The notes under the pieces: generated by a model
The model's database searches: none
Seen by the model: the letters and a program-made list of their open reading frames with translations, nothing else
What the model was told of the DNA's origin: nothing
Assembly (NCBI RefSeq): GCF_037042905.1
Contig: NC_087245.1
Span: 2,730,001-2,794,000 of the forward strand
Length of the DNA stretch: 64,000 bases
DNA from: Lytechinus pictus
Taxonomy: Eukaryota
Direction: 5' to 3'
Program-made: the position numbers and the translations under genes
Shown: positions 1 through 12,379 of the stretch, piece by piece
How the letters are laid out: every line of letters begins with the position of its first letter
Numbering within the stretch: the stretch's first letter is position 1

Positions 1-359
1 TTCGGTTTAGTTAAATCATTCAAATTTACCAGTGGGATGAAAACAATAAGCAACAGGCCTATGTAACAGAAAATAAACAGAATATATAAATAAAAATGAT
101 ATTTTATTAAAAAAAGAATGAAAAGGGTCAATTACACATTCAATAACAATCAACAGCAGACGGACAAATGGCAAAGTTAGGCGAAAAAAACATCCCTTCA
201 TCAATTTGCCCTATCAACGTAGCCAAATAAAAAAAAAATTCACATTCATTTGACATGTCAAACAAAATACAAAGTATTCAGTCTATCTCATTGACCAGGG
301 GGCACTGTCATTCCAAGGAGGGCACCAGGCTTGTCAACAAAAGTGTTTGTTTGTTTTCT

Positions 360-600
360 TTCTTTTTGATTTGATTTGATTTATTTATTTCCACATTCCA
401 AAACAAAAGTATATACAAATGTAATCATTTGTTCTCAGCATAACATAAATAATAAACAAATGACATAATGAATAACATATGCTTACATACATTCTAACGC
501 AGAAATATATATATATATATACATTTATCGACATAATACATTTTGGAATGTGGGAGACCTCCATCTAAAGCTTAGAGCTTGAAATTGATAAAGGCCTCGA
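360..600 (-). mobile_element. 3' end fragment of a CR1/L2-group LINE
   Basis: AATAAA/(AAATC)n tail on the minus strand at ~365-390, and a 3'UTR hairpin at 550-598 resembling that of the LINE at 19045-19089. Confidence 0.55.
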
Positions 601-1224
601 AAGGAAAGGGGAAGGAAAACGACAAACACTAGGGCGATGTATTTGCGTACAGTAAAGGGGTTAAAAAATCTCAAAATCAAGGAAAAAATAGTATTTTGTG
701 AAATGGAAAGGGTTGCACCCTATCATGAAATATTTGTTAGATTATTCAGGGTGGGGAAACGTATTAAGGGTACTCTGAGTAATATAGGGTCCTTTTTGAA
801 AATAAAAGGACGATGATCGCTGTCCATGCACCTTGTCAAGACAGTGGGCTATATGCAGGATAAGCAAGATGTATATTTGCTCTGAATTCCGAAGACGATG
901 TTGGTATAGCATCTTTTTTTTAAATTTTTTTTTATAACTGTCCACTATCACACTGTCCACTGTAAGGCTTTAAGCGAGTTTGTGAGAGTGAACCAGTTTG
1001 TTACGAATTTTTTTTGGATATTAAGGATTTATATTACGAACTGTATAATACATTATGCCTGTATCAATATGTGGAAAGGCGAGTGGGTTCAGGAAGTCAC
1101 GGATTGGGGAGGAGAGGGGGTCGGACTAAGGGGGGGGGGGGGGGGGGGGGGGGCTTTTCCGCAGTTTCACTCCCATATAGTATAGGCTATGGGCATGATA
1201 AGTGCATTTTTTGGTAGACATTTT

Positions 1225-1732
1225 TTAAAGGAAAGTTCACCCTGACAAAAAAAATACTGTAAAAATAGCAACAAAAAACCCACAAATATTGCCGAAGGTT
1301 TGAGAAAAATCCATCAAAGAATAAAAAAGTATTATAATTTTAATTATTTGATTTGTGACGTCATATGCGAGCAGGTTTCTTACATGTCGAATGGTAAAAT
1401 ATAAAGTAAATGTCATTTTCTAAAAAGAAATTGAAAATGGCTTTTACTGTACCTTCAGTATATCAATAGGCAAATCATTGTACACCCGTTCCTAATAAGA
1501 AAACAAAAATGATTCATCACGAACCATTAAAAATTTAGAATTAATGAATTTTATATTACATAACATATGGGGCAGCTGCTCGCTTATGACGTTACAAATC
1601 CAAAACTGGAAATTCTAATAACTTCCTTAATATTCAATGGATTCTCATCAAACCCTGCCTTCACAAACATTTTTAGTCATTTTTTCCCTGCTATTTTACA
1701 ACAGTTTTCGTCAGGGTGAACTTCTAATTGAA
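1225..1732. mobile_element. Kolobok-like non-autonomous DNA transposon (MITE)
   Basis: ttaa-aggaaagttcaccctgac ... gtcagggtgaacttc inverted termini. TTAA on the left, degenerate on the right. Confidence 0.7.
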
Positions 1733-2799
1733 TGCCAATTCCCGCAGAGCTTACTTTTTCAAGAGATGGCGCCCTTTCATTTCATTGTAGCAAAGTTCAT
1801 TGAGCTTGGGCGTATACAAAGTCATGTATAAAGTTTGGTGACGATTTCATTTTCTCCACCCGTTGAAGAAGAAACTTCATTAACTATCAAATGCTGCAAA
1901 GTTGAGAAGAAGTTCCTCTCTGTCATTCCTTTCACCCTTTTTCTCTCCTAGCCCCCTCTCTGTTTGTGACTATTTTGTCTATTTCTCTTCCACTTCTTTC
2001 TCCCACTTTCACCTCGTCCTCATTCCCAGGATGAAACATAAACTATACTCTGTAACTGCAACAGACAAAGACATGCAAGATCTGAAAACATACATGAAAC
2101 GGTAATTTATTCTGTGTGACCATATTCACACAGGCACTTTGGCAACAAAACCACAGTGGTATACCTGTGTAAATGTATATACATACATGTACAACAATAA
2201 ATACAAATTGCTAATTATTGTAAAATTCAATAAACATTATCATAGCAAGATTTCAGCCTTGTTACAAAATGGTGCAACAAAGCTCAGTGAGAATTTTTTT
2301 TTCAGCATTGTAACATAGAGTGACAAATCACCCCTTTTATGCTAATAATGGAAGGTAAAATGTCATCCGCTCAAGAAACGGAGGACAGGCTCTCATTTTA
2401 TGAGTTTGTCTGCACAATTGTGGACAAAATGTTGGTTTTCTCTTTGCTAAGTTTCTAAAGGCTTTGATTGGCCCCCTTTTATAAAGCTCAGGGATGAAGT
2501 TTCTTAAACATTTTTGTTAACATCTAGTATCCTATTGACCAAATTTGTCTCAGCTTTGTCACATCATATCTTGAACAAGCCTTCATACTAATGGCAAGTG
2601 TCCAATGTTTGAGTAAGGAATGAGGAATGCTGCATATAAAGATCTTTGTAGTTCTAGGGTACAGTCTTGACAACACATTATACTTAAATTGAAGAAAAAT
2701 AATCTGGTAAATAATAACAAAAAATTTGTTTTAGGTCAACAGGTAGTTTCCCAACCCTCTTAAAAAAATACTTAATGATACAATGATGTGGGCTCTTAA

Positions 2800-2930
2800 C
2801 AGGGGCCGCGGAACGGTTTTGATAGTGGGGGGGCTGACCATGCAAAAAATCACAATCATATGGTCATTTTTACGTTTTTGTACACGGTTTTGGAACATCC
2901 CACCCCCCCCCCCCGCTTCCGCGGCCCCTG
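2800..2930. mobile_element. hAT-like MITE
   Basis: TIRs caggggccgcggaa / ttccgcggcccctg, flanked on both sides by cttaa (5-bp duplication). Confidence 0.8.
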
Positions 2931-5783
2931 CTTAATTTTACCAAGGCTCACTTGATTACCTTGATGCCCTAAATTAGCCAGATAAATTGGCAACTCTGTT
3001 ATCCATCTTATATTGCTAATCTCTATGAGAACTCATGTACATCTACACCATCCTAGGATATGCCCGGGAAGGGGGGGGGGGGGGAGGCTTCTTAGCAGTG
3101 GAAAGCATGGTTTGACAAAGGTTTATAGGGTCATCAAAATATGAATACATGAGACTAAATAGAGAACAAAAAATCTTAAATGGTTGTATTCGGTGCCTCT
3201 ACTGCATGCAGTATGATCTATATATTCTGATGACTTAATACACATACTAAATCAGCTCTTGAGTCAGTTTACAGATATCTAGAAAGATTTGAATTTCTTT
3301 AGCATATTCACAAGTTTGGTTTTTATTGTCAAGTGCAGCAATGGGAAATTCAAAATCTTCTATGATTCTGACAGCTGAATCAACAGTCAAGAACAAACAT
3401 TCAAAGTAAATGTGCTTAATTTTAGCTACACATTAATCATTTCACAAATATGTATACCTATCGAAAGTTAAGCAAAATGTTAATGCATGGAAATAGCAAT
3501 AAAATCACATATATTATAAATCGAATTTCAAATTAATCTGCAAAGAGTTTATTTTTTACAAATTGCCTTTGGTGCTAAAGGTTTCTCATTCAATCACATC
3601 CCTGTCATTGACAGTGACATTATAGTGACCACATGTTCACAGAATACTCATCATAAATATTTCAGAAAGAATAAAATAGTAAAACATTTGCAAAAATAAC
3701 ATTATAAAAAAAAAAGTTTTCTATTATGGAATATGTAAGGTTTGGTTTGGTGCCAAAGAGAGTGGTGTTTACCCAAAAGGATAAAAGTAAATTCTTCATG
3801 GGATATTAATAAAATATAAATCATGTTGGTTTCATGGCCCTGTAATAAAAAGCTGTGTTATGTGATTGCATATAATTATCAATACAATCAATTGTACAAA
3901 TCCTTCCTACTTCCAATTGCTTTCTGTTTACTGAGTGCAGGAAAGTGTTCAGGAATGCCACATAGTACAGCATAATGGCAAAATATGAAGTATGAATGAA
4001 ATAATCTGTCTCCAAAATTGATTTTCGTTACTCTCTTAAGATTGATTTTTATGTATATTGGACTACTGCTATGATGTTCTTAAACTTCAATCTTATGATG
4101 ACTAAATAAATAAATATACATGAACAACCAAAATTGATTAAGTTAAACCTTGCACCAATTTTCTACTATAATTTGTGTGTACATCTATCACAAATAACAA
4201 AATCTTCAGGAATCTATGGGGTATTAGGTAAGGATTTTAGGAATAAAGCTGAAAAAAGGGTCCAATTAAATGCTTGACAAAATCATATATAGTCAGTTCA
4301 ATGCACTGCTTTTTGTATAATATGAAGTTCATGTATAACTAACTGATACACACACATTGACATCTAAAGTAATATAAAACAATGCTTTACTTTTAAGAGT
4401 AATTGTAAATCGACATACTCTGGCTACGAGGGTTGCAACACGAGCACCAATTAAAGGACAATACCTCTTGCAATACATGTATATGCTCAATGGATATTTT
4501 CAACAGAAAAGGAAAATCAGTTACTCAAAGAAAACTTAAACACTATAAAACACAGAAAAATCATATTCAACAAGGAACAAACCAAGCATGTTGCAAAAAT
4601 TGCACAGGTATAAAAAAGTTCTTGGTTAAGATGTACCCAAGGAAGGATTGTAAATAATATCATGTGGTCTTTATCAAAGAGCCTTTTCATTGGTATCAAT
4701 TCCAAATTTTTTGTGCATCAAATAATATGACATCATGCTCTATTTCTGGATGTAATAGTCATTATAAACACAGGGAACAAAAAGAGAAGATAAAATACAC
4801 AGCTCTTAATTTTGCAACTTCACTGATAGCATCTGAAGCATAAACCAAGGAGATATTGTAACATTTGTATTTGCATGTTCTGACTGGTTCTATAATAACA
4901 TTGAAGGGATGTTCTTTGGTCTAACACAGTAATTTGGTGGTAAAATTTGAAGCTGTGCATTTTATATCCACTTCTTTGTCATTATGCCCTTAGTGAGATA
5001 TATCATATCATTTTCCTTTATTATTTACAAAGCTGGAGCAAATGAAGGGGCGTGGGGAGAATAAAATCAGCACTGCAAGATTTTTTAGGACTATAACAAA
5101 TTTGATACAGAACGAAAACTGCTAACATCTTTTAAAAGAACTTTTCGTTTGATGAGGCTGATCATTAGATGTATCAACAGATCATTGTGGCCTTCAAATT
5201 TGTCCTCTTAGTACAAGAATCCAACAAAATCAGGTAAATCAATAAAAGAAATAAAATAAAAGTTCCGGTACCTCATTATGACAGGACTTTTACATTAAAT
5301 ATTCCCTCTACACTGAGATTTCACTTTTTACTCCGAACGATGTTGCTTTGATGGAATCTCTCCATCAGTTATGAATTATGATTGATTTCTGAATATCAGC
5401 TGCAGCCAACTTATTTCAATAAATCTTAATTCATAATTATACTTGCTTGTATATTGCCCAATACCTCTGGGCACTCTACAATAAATGCAGCATACTTACC
5501 CTGGCTTTAGCCAAGCTAATGTTCTGCGCTCTAATTTCGAGGAATAAATTCTTTGAATGTCAAATGACCTTATTACTGACCATCGTACTAATAAAATCAT
5601 ATAACGCAGTCTCTCATGTGACGTCTTTGATGTTGAGCTGCCCCATTCACCATGATGATGACGATAATTTAAGCATTAATAGGGCCAGCACACTCACAGT
5701 CATTTACAAGTTGCAGATGCCTCCAACTGATACAGTATCTCAACTTTCCTTGTGGTCATCAAGCGTAGGAGTTTCTGTCTCGT

Positions 5784-6032
5784 TCATTTATCCTTCCTTG
5801 ATTCTACAACACTGCCCTCTAAAGTTCCATTAGTGAGAACTGACATCTCCATCTGGATCTTTTTCTCTTGCCGTTTTTTGATGGCACGTCCACTCAGGAA
5901 TCCTATAGCCCCACCCCCAAGAGCAGCAGCAGCCCCAACCTTCATTCCAGCTACAATCCCAACAGGGCCGCCCACTATTCCTCCCAGGAGAGCGCCACCT
6001 ATTGGTAGCATAGCAGCTTTATAGGTAGATGC
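5784..6032 (-). CDS. STX17: Syntaxin-17, last coding exon (glycine-zipper hairpin transmembrane region and basic tail)
   Basis: Lies within ORF 5784..6083, acceptor aacag|. YKAAMLPIGGALLGGIVGGPVGIVAGMKVGAAAALGGGAIGFLSG is the diagnostic STX17 double-TM segment. The six exons sum to 1035 nt (344 aa plus stop). Confidence 0.96.
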   Translation of the reverse strand, partial: ASTYKAAMLPIGGALLGGIVGGPVGIVAGMKVGAAAALGGGAIGFLSGRAIKKRQEKKIQMEMSVLTNGTLEGSVVESRKDK

Positions 6033-6332
6033 CTGTTCCAATAAAAAAATGAAGTAATGTAAAATGATGATAGTGATAAACAATACTTATACCTTGCATA
6101 ACGCATCATATCAATATTTCCCTAATTTGCTTTACGAGCAAAGGAAGAGAGAGAGAGAGAGGGGGGGGGGGAATATTTGGCCAAATTCATTTTGTCAAAC
6201 TAAGATTCCTCTAAATGAGTGTTTTGAGGACAGGTTCAAATGCTTATTCCACAAAACTTGGGCAGCAATCCCCAAAATGTAAATGGGTACCAACTATGAA
6301 GGAATTTCTTCATTGCTTAAGCACCTGACCTG

Positions 6333-6486
6333 GGCTCCGTAACACAAAGATTAGCGATCAATCGCTAATTTGAAAGAACAATTCTGATTGGTTCCTAGTC
6401 AGTCTACAGAACAAAATGCGCATGCAAAGATGAACTTGATAGGCCATTTCATTTAGCGATCAATCTAATCTTTGTGTTACGGAGCC
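6333..6486. mobile_element. PIF/Harbinger-like MITE in the last STX17 intron
   Basis: TIRs ggctccgtaacacaaagattag / ctaatctttgtgttacggagcc with CWG flanks (ctg/cag). A related copy lies at 13295-13976. Confidence 0.8.
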
Positions 6487-7781
6487 CAGGCAATCATAAG
6501 CAGCACAGTGTATTAAGTACTGTATAAATGTTGCATATTTTATTTTATTTTTTTGCAAAATAATCCTTTAAGATTTTTTAGGTCACATTCTAGTACAGAG
6601 AGCCATAATATAATGTTATGAAAACACAATGTTTTTCCAAAAAAAAAATAAAAAAATGATTATGATGAGAATAGGAATTAAGAAACCCCAAACAAATGAA
6701 AATCATGCATAAGCTTTAATAGGTATGTGGGTAACAAGAATATCTGAAAGTAAATAGGATTAGATATGATTCTTGACTTTGGAACCCAACAATAAACAGA
6801 CAATTATAAACCCAGAGCTGTCAACCTTTAGAAGTACAAATTACTGTAGTAATCCAGGAGCTCAAACTTCATAGTTTTAAGATAAGATTAGAAATATGCA
6901 AATTTCCTGGAAATAGCACTGTGCAGCATATCTGCAAACATATGTTACATGTATATATTTGATCACAAAGCCAGATGAAAATCAACAAATAAAGATAATC
7001 TTACTTTACTGAAGATGTATGAGGGTGTATTTATACATGTTTAATTGTCCCTTTCTTTATGTAAGACCATAGCACATGTTAGCATGTATTGCACATTACT
7101 TGTTGCCTCAACACAAGTTGCCACTGCAAAACATGTTATGCATGTGTATTCAATGTGTACAAGACCATGCACTGAAATAAGTTATTATTGAGGATACATT
7201 CATAATTTTGTGAAGCAGTCTGAAATTCCTAACAATTCTAGATATTTGACATAATGGTTGGCAGAACTGTAAATTATGTTTAATAAAATGACATCATTTA
7301 AAGGGCAACTGTTATATGTGGTCAGGCTCTTCAGTATTTTCACAAGAAACTATTGAAATATAAAGTTTACATATAATTTTTCATGAACATGATTTACCCA
7401 TAAAAAAACTTGATCCCCCAAAAAAAACTTGATGCCAAAATGATACATGCACACATTCTACTCATCCACTTAGAATGCAGATGAAACTTTTTTCTGGTGG
7501 CAACTGTGACATTTGAAAATCGACACCTAATCTACCTCATTTACACTTAGTGTATCTTCTAACACTTATCATTATATTGACACTATCCTTAACGAACACT
7601 CCTATTACTACCCTAAACATAACTGTATCTGTTTGATAATAATCTAGACAGGTGTAACTTATAGGAGCAAAGTCCTGCTACAAAAACAAAATACAATCAG
7701 TAATCACAAGTGATTGTATATTTCATATTACAGGGCTCATATGTCATGTGACCTCTGAGATTCACTATTACAAGTTCTCAC

Positions 7782-7868
7782 CTTCAAGAGATGTTTCACA
7801 CCAGTTTTGATGTTTGTATGAGCAACTTGGATGTTGTTTTGAATACTGTCAACTTGCTCTTGCTGTGC
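7782..7868 (-). CDS. STX17: Syntaxin-17, coding exon 5 (AQQEQVDSIQNNIQVAHTNIKTGVKHLLK, SNARE core)
   Basis: 87 nt bounded by ttacag| and AAG|gtgaga. Matches recalled SQQEKIDSIADHVNSAAVNVEEGTKNLGK. Confidence 0.95.
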
Positions 7869-8055
7869 CTGTAACATATCATCAAAAATAAAGATTTTTT
7901 TTAAAAATCATTGTATCAGGGTACAATTTACTACAATTTTTTTTTATTCACACATGCTGCATCAACAAGCTGAAAACTTGTCTCAATGAAACAGCTGATA
8001 GGGTACTATTTACTGTTAATCCTGATAATTACAAATTATGATACAAGTAAATCTG

Positions 8056-8210
8056 GGCCCATTTCATAAAGAGATACAACTGTTGTAACTTTGCCATTAT
8101 GGCAACTACCATGGTAAGCTTGATTCTGATTGGCTGCTGAGCCCTGTTACCATGGTAGTTGCCATAATGGCAAAATTACAACAGTTGTAAGTCCTTTGTG
8201 AAACAGGCCC
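8056..8210. mobile_element. PIF/Harbinger-like palindromic MITE
   Basis: Long inverted arms (tacaactgttgtaactttgccattatggcaactaccatggtaa / ttaccatggtagttgccataatggcaaaattacaacagttgta) with ctg flanks. Confidence 0.78.
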
Positions 8211-8296
8211 CTGATCTGTACAGTTTTGCATGAACTATAATTGAATGCTCAATTCTCATCAACAATCTTGCTTCATTCCTCTGTTGGACTACTTGC

Positions 8297-8514
8297 CTGT
8301 ACTTGAGCAGCAAACTCATGTGTGAGACTGTTCAGTTCCACAAGCTCATTCTTCAGCATATCCCATGAATCTTGAACTTGCTGTGATGGCATCATATCCT
8401 CTTGAGTTTGTTGTTGTTCCTGTTGTTGTAGCAGATGATGTGCTTCACTAGATTCTTGAGATAAGTTTTCTGGGACGGCATCTGAAGATTCCATGGAAGA
8501 ACTATGGCTGCTTG
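8297..8514 (-). CDS. STX17: Syntaxin-17, coding exon 4 (S/Q-rich linker and start of the Qa-SNARE motif, ...DSWDMLKNELVELNSLTHEFAAQVQ)
   Basis: Lies within ORF 8273..8557. The catcag| acceptor is in phase 1, compatible with exon 3. 218 nt, ending at the GC donor CAG|gcaagt. Confidence 0.88.
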
Positions 8515-9238
8515 CTGATGACAGGTAGAGAAACGATGAGAGAACAATTTGATTCAAATGTTCCCATTAACTTGATCACAAATTAATTACTACATTTGTT
8601 TTCATGATCAATTTGAGATTTTATCGTCTATTTACTTGGTTTAACTTGGAACAGAATTGACAATTTGCAGTTGCTGGGTCTATGGTGGATATATAAAAAC
8701 TCTGAATCATCTCTTCCTTAATCTCCATTTCCTACTGACAAGTAAAAATCCATAAAACCTATATTTAAAAAAAAAAGTCTTCTAAAGTTATGAACAACTT
8801 TATGTAAAACTTAGATAGGGAAACTACATGTAAATGTGATTCTGTTTTTCTTTTAATTAACTCAGCTAATTGAAATAAGATCTTAGTAGACTTATAGTCT
8901 CATGTGTAATAATCATTTTAACGCTATGAACACTGAGCATCAAACCTCAAGCACTTTATATTTCAGTCACTCATCAAATCATTGTGTACGACAAGCAGTT
9001 TTATTTAACAGTCCTTGGTCTAAGGATTTTCCTTCATGCTAAATTATTATCAGTCTGTATGCATGGGAAGTTATCAGCACTTACTAAATTATCAGTTCTG
9101 ACAATGTAATTGAAATCCATCATTTTGATTGGCTATGAAGCATTGATCATAGTAACAGTTAAAGAATGACAACATGCCAGTGATGAGGAGACAAGTTTCA
9201 TGAAATGGTCCCGTTTGGCTCTACATCATACCACATAC

Positions 9239-9491
9239 CTCCAAGTGAGTTTGAATGTCTAAATCTGGATCTAAGACCTTCATCAGTACTCAGTAGTGAG
9301 TCTGTCAGAGACTGGGTCATGACCGGTGGGTCTAACGGTGAGGTCTCAACTCCACAGAGTTCAATGACCTTGACTACAGCCTGGATGACCTCTTCTTTGA
9401 CCGGTGAGACCTGATCATCAAAGGACTTCAGGTCATCTTCATTGACCTGTAATCTCACCTTCTCCATCTCTCTGACATTGGCTTTGAGTTG
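9239..9491 (-). CDS. STX17: Syntaxin-17, coding exon 3 (QLKANVREMEK...HSNSLG)
   Basis: Lies within ORF 9198..9518. Polypyrimidine tract plus aag| acceptor, G|gtatgt donor, 253 nt, phase 1. Similar to recalled QLRSNIREIEK...DPVKEE. Confidence 0.9.
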
Positions 9492-9638
9492 CTTTTTAGA
9501 TGGAAAAAAAAGGGACAAAAAGAGGGAAATATCTGTAAATCAAGACTGTATTAAAAGTGACATTGGTTTTGAGTGGTTTCTGATAGAATTTTTTTTCATT
9601 AAATGATAGACCACTTTGAACGATAAATAAATACTTAC

Positions 9639-9704
9639 TTGTACTGTTCTTCTGGCGTTAATCTGCTCTACTCTGAGCTTGTCCCATTGCTGTAGTTGTT
9701 GAAA
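9639..9704 (-). CDS. STX17: Syntaxin-17, coding exon 2 (FQQLQQWDKLRVEQINARRTVQ)
   Basis: 66 nt bounded by atccag| and |gtaagt. Matches recalled STX17 WDKLHEEHINAGRTVQ. Confidence 0.95.
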
Positions 9705-10625
9705 CTGGATAATTAAGATAAAAAAGTTCCTTTATAAGTTTGGATTTCTCATCTTTCGATCAATTGAATTTGTTAAGTGGACTATAAAGGTTAGTGTAAA
9801 ATAAATGAAGTTGAAATGAGGGAAGGAAACATTATAATAAGGATGAAAGATCAAGCACATAATCACCCATAGTGAAAGTAAGAAGACACACTTTCATATC
9901 CCAGGCAATTTGGGTATAGTTATCTTTCTGAAGTGAAATTGAAGAAAAGATCAGGGCCCTTGGAATGATTTTTTTTACTAGGGTTCTCATGTAAATTTGA
10001 CAAGCAAAAAAAAAAACCAAACAAACAAACAAAAACAAACAAACACACACAAAAAACAGGGTTTCACTACAAAATAAAGGTCATTTTGCTTACATTTCTC
10101 CAAATTTTAAAACCTACCAGAATTCCAGGGGGTGCTGCCTATGGAGAACAATACATGCAGCACCCCTGCGAGGCCCGCTTCCCAGGACCATGAAAAAGAT
10201 AGAATCAACATTCCATATTTCTGACAAAGTAATAGTTTGTCTCATCTACTGAAACCAAAAGATGATTATTTGCAATGTTATATTCAATAATCTAATTATA
10301 GAAAGGAAAAGAGAGCAAACAACTATAATTTGTCAGGTTTCCTTTTTCCTTGTTTAACATTCATGATATTAAATATAACCAACAAAAAAAATCACTTTGT
10401 TTTTATTCTCATTTCATTGCAAATAAATAATCTTTGACTGTTTTCACAGCAAAATTAAATTAAACAGAAATTCCTTGTGTGGTCACAATCATTTCATAAA
10501 ATGAATTCCAATAGAATCAAACAAAAGATCACCCATGTTTTCTGAATAGAAATAAAACAAACATATTAAAAAATTTCCAGTAGAAAACGAACAATTGCTA
10601 GGTTATAAACACACCAGGTATTCAT

Positions 10626-10760
10626 GTCATCATCAACATCATCGTCCTTGTCATCATCATCATCATCATCATCATCACCATCACCACCATCATCATCATC
10701 ATAATCATCATCGTCATCACCACCATCACTACCTCCATCATCATCAATTCCATTATTATT
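10626..10760. repeat. (CAT)n trinucleotide microsatellite, intronic
   Basis: Imperfect CAT/CAC run. It produces the spurious poly-Asp ORF 10566..10823. Confidence 0.9.
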
Positions 10761-10804
10761 GTCCCTAGTTAATGTCAATAAAGATTTATGTTCTACAATC
10801 AAAC

Positions 10805-10966
10805 CTTCTGGATGTTTCTGCAATGATTGGCAAGCCTATCCAGGTCCAGTGGTATTGCAATCTTGGTGAACCTGTTGATTGCAGGTTCAAGCTTCTTGAT
10901 GGGCTGTTTCATGATGTCTGAGGGTTCTTCGTCTCTACAATTTGGGATTTCACCAAACTCTGCCAT
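10805..10966 (-). CDS. STX17: Syntaxin-17, coding exon 1 (54 aa, MAEFGEIPNC...KQPIKKLEPAINRFTKIAIPLDLDRLANHCRNIQK)
   Basis: Manual translation. It matches the recalled vertebrate STX17 N-terminus (LRRLEPAIQKFIKIVIPTDLERL). Acceptor ttccag| opens the exon at 10984, the ATG context is gcaATGg, and the donor is AAG|gtttga (phase 0). Confidence 0.92.
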
Positions 10967-12136
10967 TGCTCTGCATGGCTAGGCCTGGAATAACAAGAAA
11001 ATAGAAAGTAAATAGCATTTATTTTAGGTCACTGGTTGTCAAATGATAACATGATTAGAGTGGATGGTAGATCATAACATAATGATTTCTCTGTTATCCT
11101 CATCTCATTGTCAAAATGCATTGAGATTATTGCAGAGACCAGCAATGCCCCATGTTGGCGTCTCACCAAAACTAAATTTCAGTTGTGGTAACACTTTCAG
11201 AATGAGTTCTAAGTGACCATTCACATATTTGTATGTATGGTATAACGAACATGGGAAATGACAAGTGAGTCTGGTAAAAAATGTGTAATTGCTGAAAAAT
11301 GAAGAAAATAAAAAGGTAGGTGTTGTTGTGTCTCTTTCCAAGCATAACAATACACTGTCCCATTGTCTTTTTGATCTTCAGTGTGATTATTTTCAGTTTG
11401 GATTTCATGATTTCATAGAGTAGGGTTTGTGTCTCAGTTAACCTAGATTTATGATGATATGGTGGCAATTAACCTTGGTTTTAACATTAGGCTTTTCAAT
11501 GAAGTCATTGTTTGCTGCATTCACAGACAAACATAATGCTGAAAATTTCATCGAAATCGGATGTAAAATAGGAAAGTTATGAAATTTTAAATTTTCGCCA
11601 ATTTTTAACAAAATAGTTATGTGCACAATTTAGTCACATGCAAATGAGAGACTCGAAGATGTCCCTCACTCACTATTTTTGTTCTTTATTTTTTAATTTG
11701 ACAATATTTCAATTTTTACAGATTTGACAATGAAATTTGAAGTTTCAAATTTTGTTTTTTGTTAAAAATAATAATTTTTATTTATAAATTGTTCTTCAAA
11801 ATGGCATTTTGTAACATCACTTATCGAAGCTACATCATAATGAAGTGGTTCAAGGGTCAAGCCTATTGTCTTTGCGGTGTTTACGAATGGATCGAGGGAT
11901 CTACACGAGATTGGTCTGGTAAGAAACCTCTCATTTTTCATATTTATACTAACATTTATTTGCACCTTCATATATGCATTAGGGGTATGAAGTTGTATAG
12001 ATAAATAAAATCCAACAACAAATTTACATGATTTCTATCTTAAAAGATCGATTTCCTAGGGAAATCCGTCTCCAGAAGCCTCCAGGCTACTCAAGGCTAA
12101 GTTAGGCATTGCCAGCATTGGCATTGATTAACCCAG

Positions 12137-12293
12137 GGAAGCGTTTCATGAAAGGACTTGTCGGATGTTGTATCCGACAAGTACTGTTTTATCCGACAGC
12201 TACTATGGTAACAGTGACTCTCAGCCAATCATTATCAAGGAAAGTTGTCAGATCTGACAACTTGTCGGATGAAAATGTTGATGAAACGCCCCC
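12137..12293. mobile_element. PIF/Harbinger-like MITE
   Basis: gcgtttcatgaa ... ttgatgaaacgc inverted termini, cag flanks on both sides, internal tgtcgga/tccgaca motifs. Confidence 0.72.
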
Positions 12294-12379
12294 CAGGAGT
12301 CAACCGTGCTAAACGAGGGAGACGCGGGACTGGGGTAGATTGGGGTCTCAATAGTAATCTTAATAAAATGATAATAATA

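Noticed and set aside
1130..1153. Poly-G runs here and elsewhere as functional G-quadruplexes
   Set aside because: Most lie in MITE termini, and homopolymer lengths are error-prone.
5752..6024. Plus-strand Pro/Ala-rich ORF (90 aa), and ORF 9205..9414
   Set aside because: Antisense shadows of STX17 exons.
10566..10823. Poly-Asp ORF
   Set aside because: Translation of an intronic (CAT)n microsatellite.
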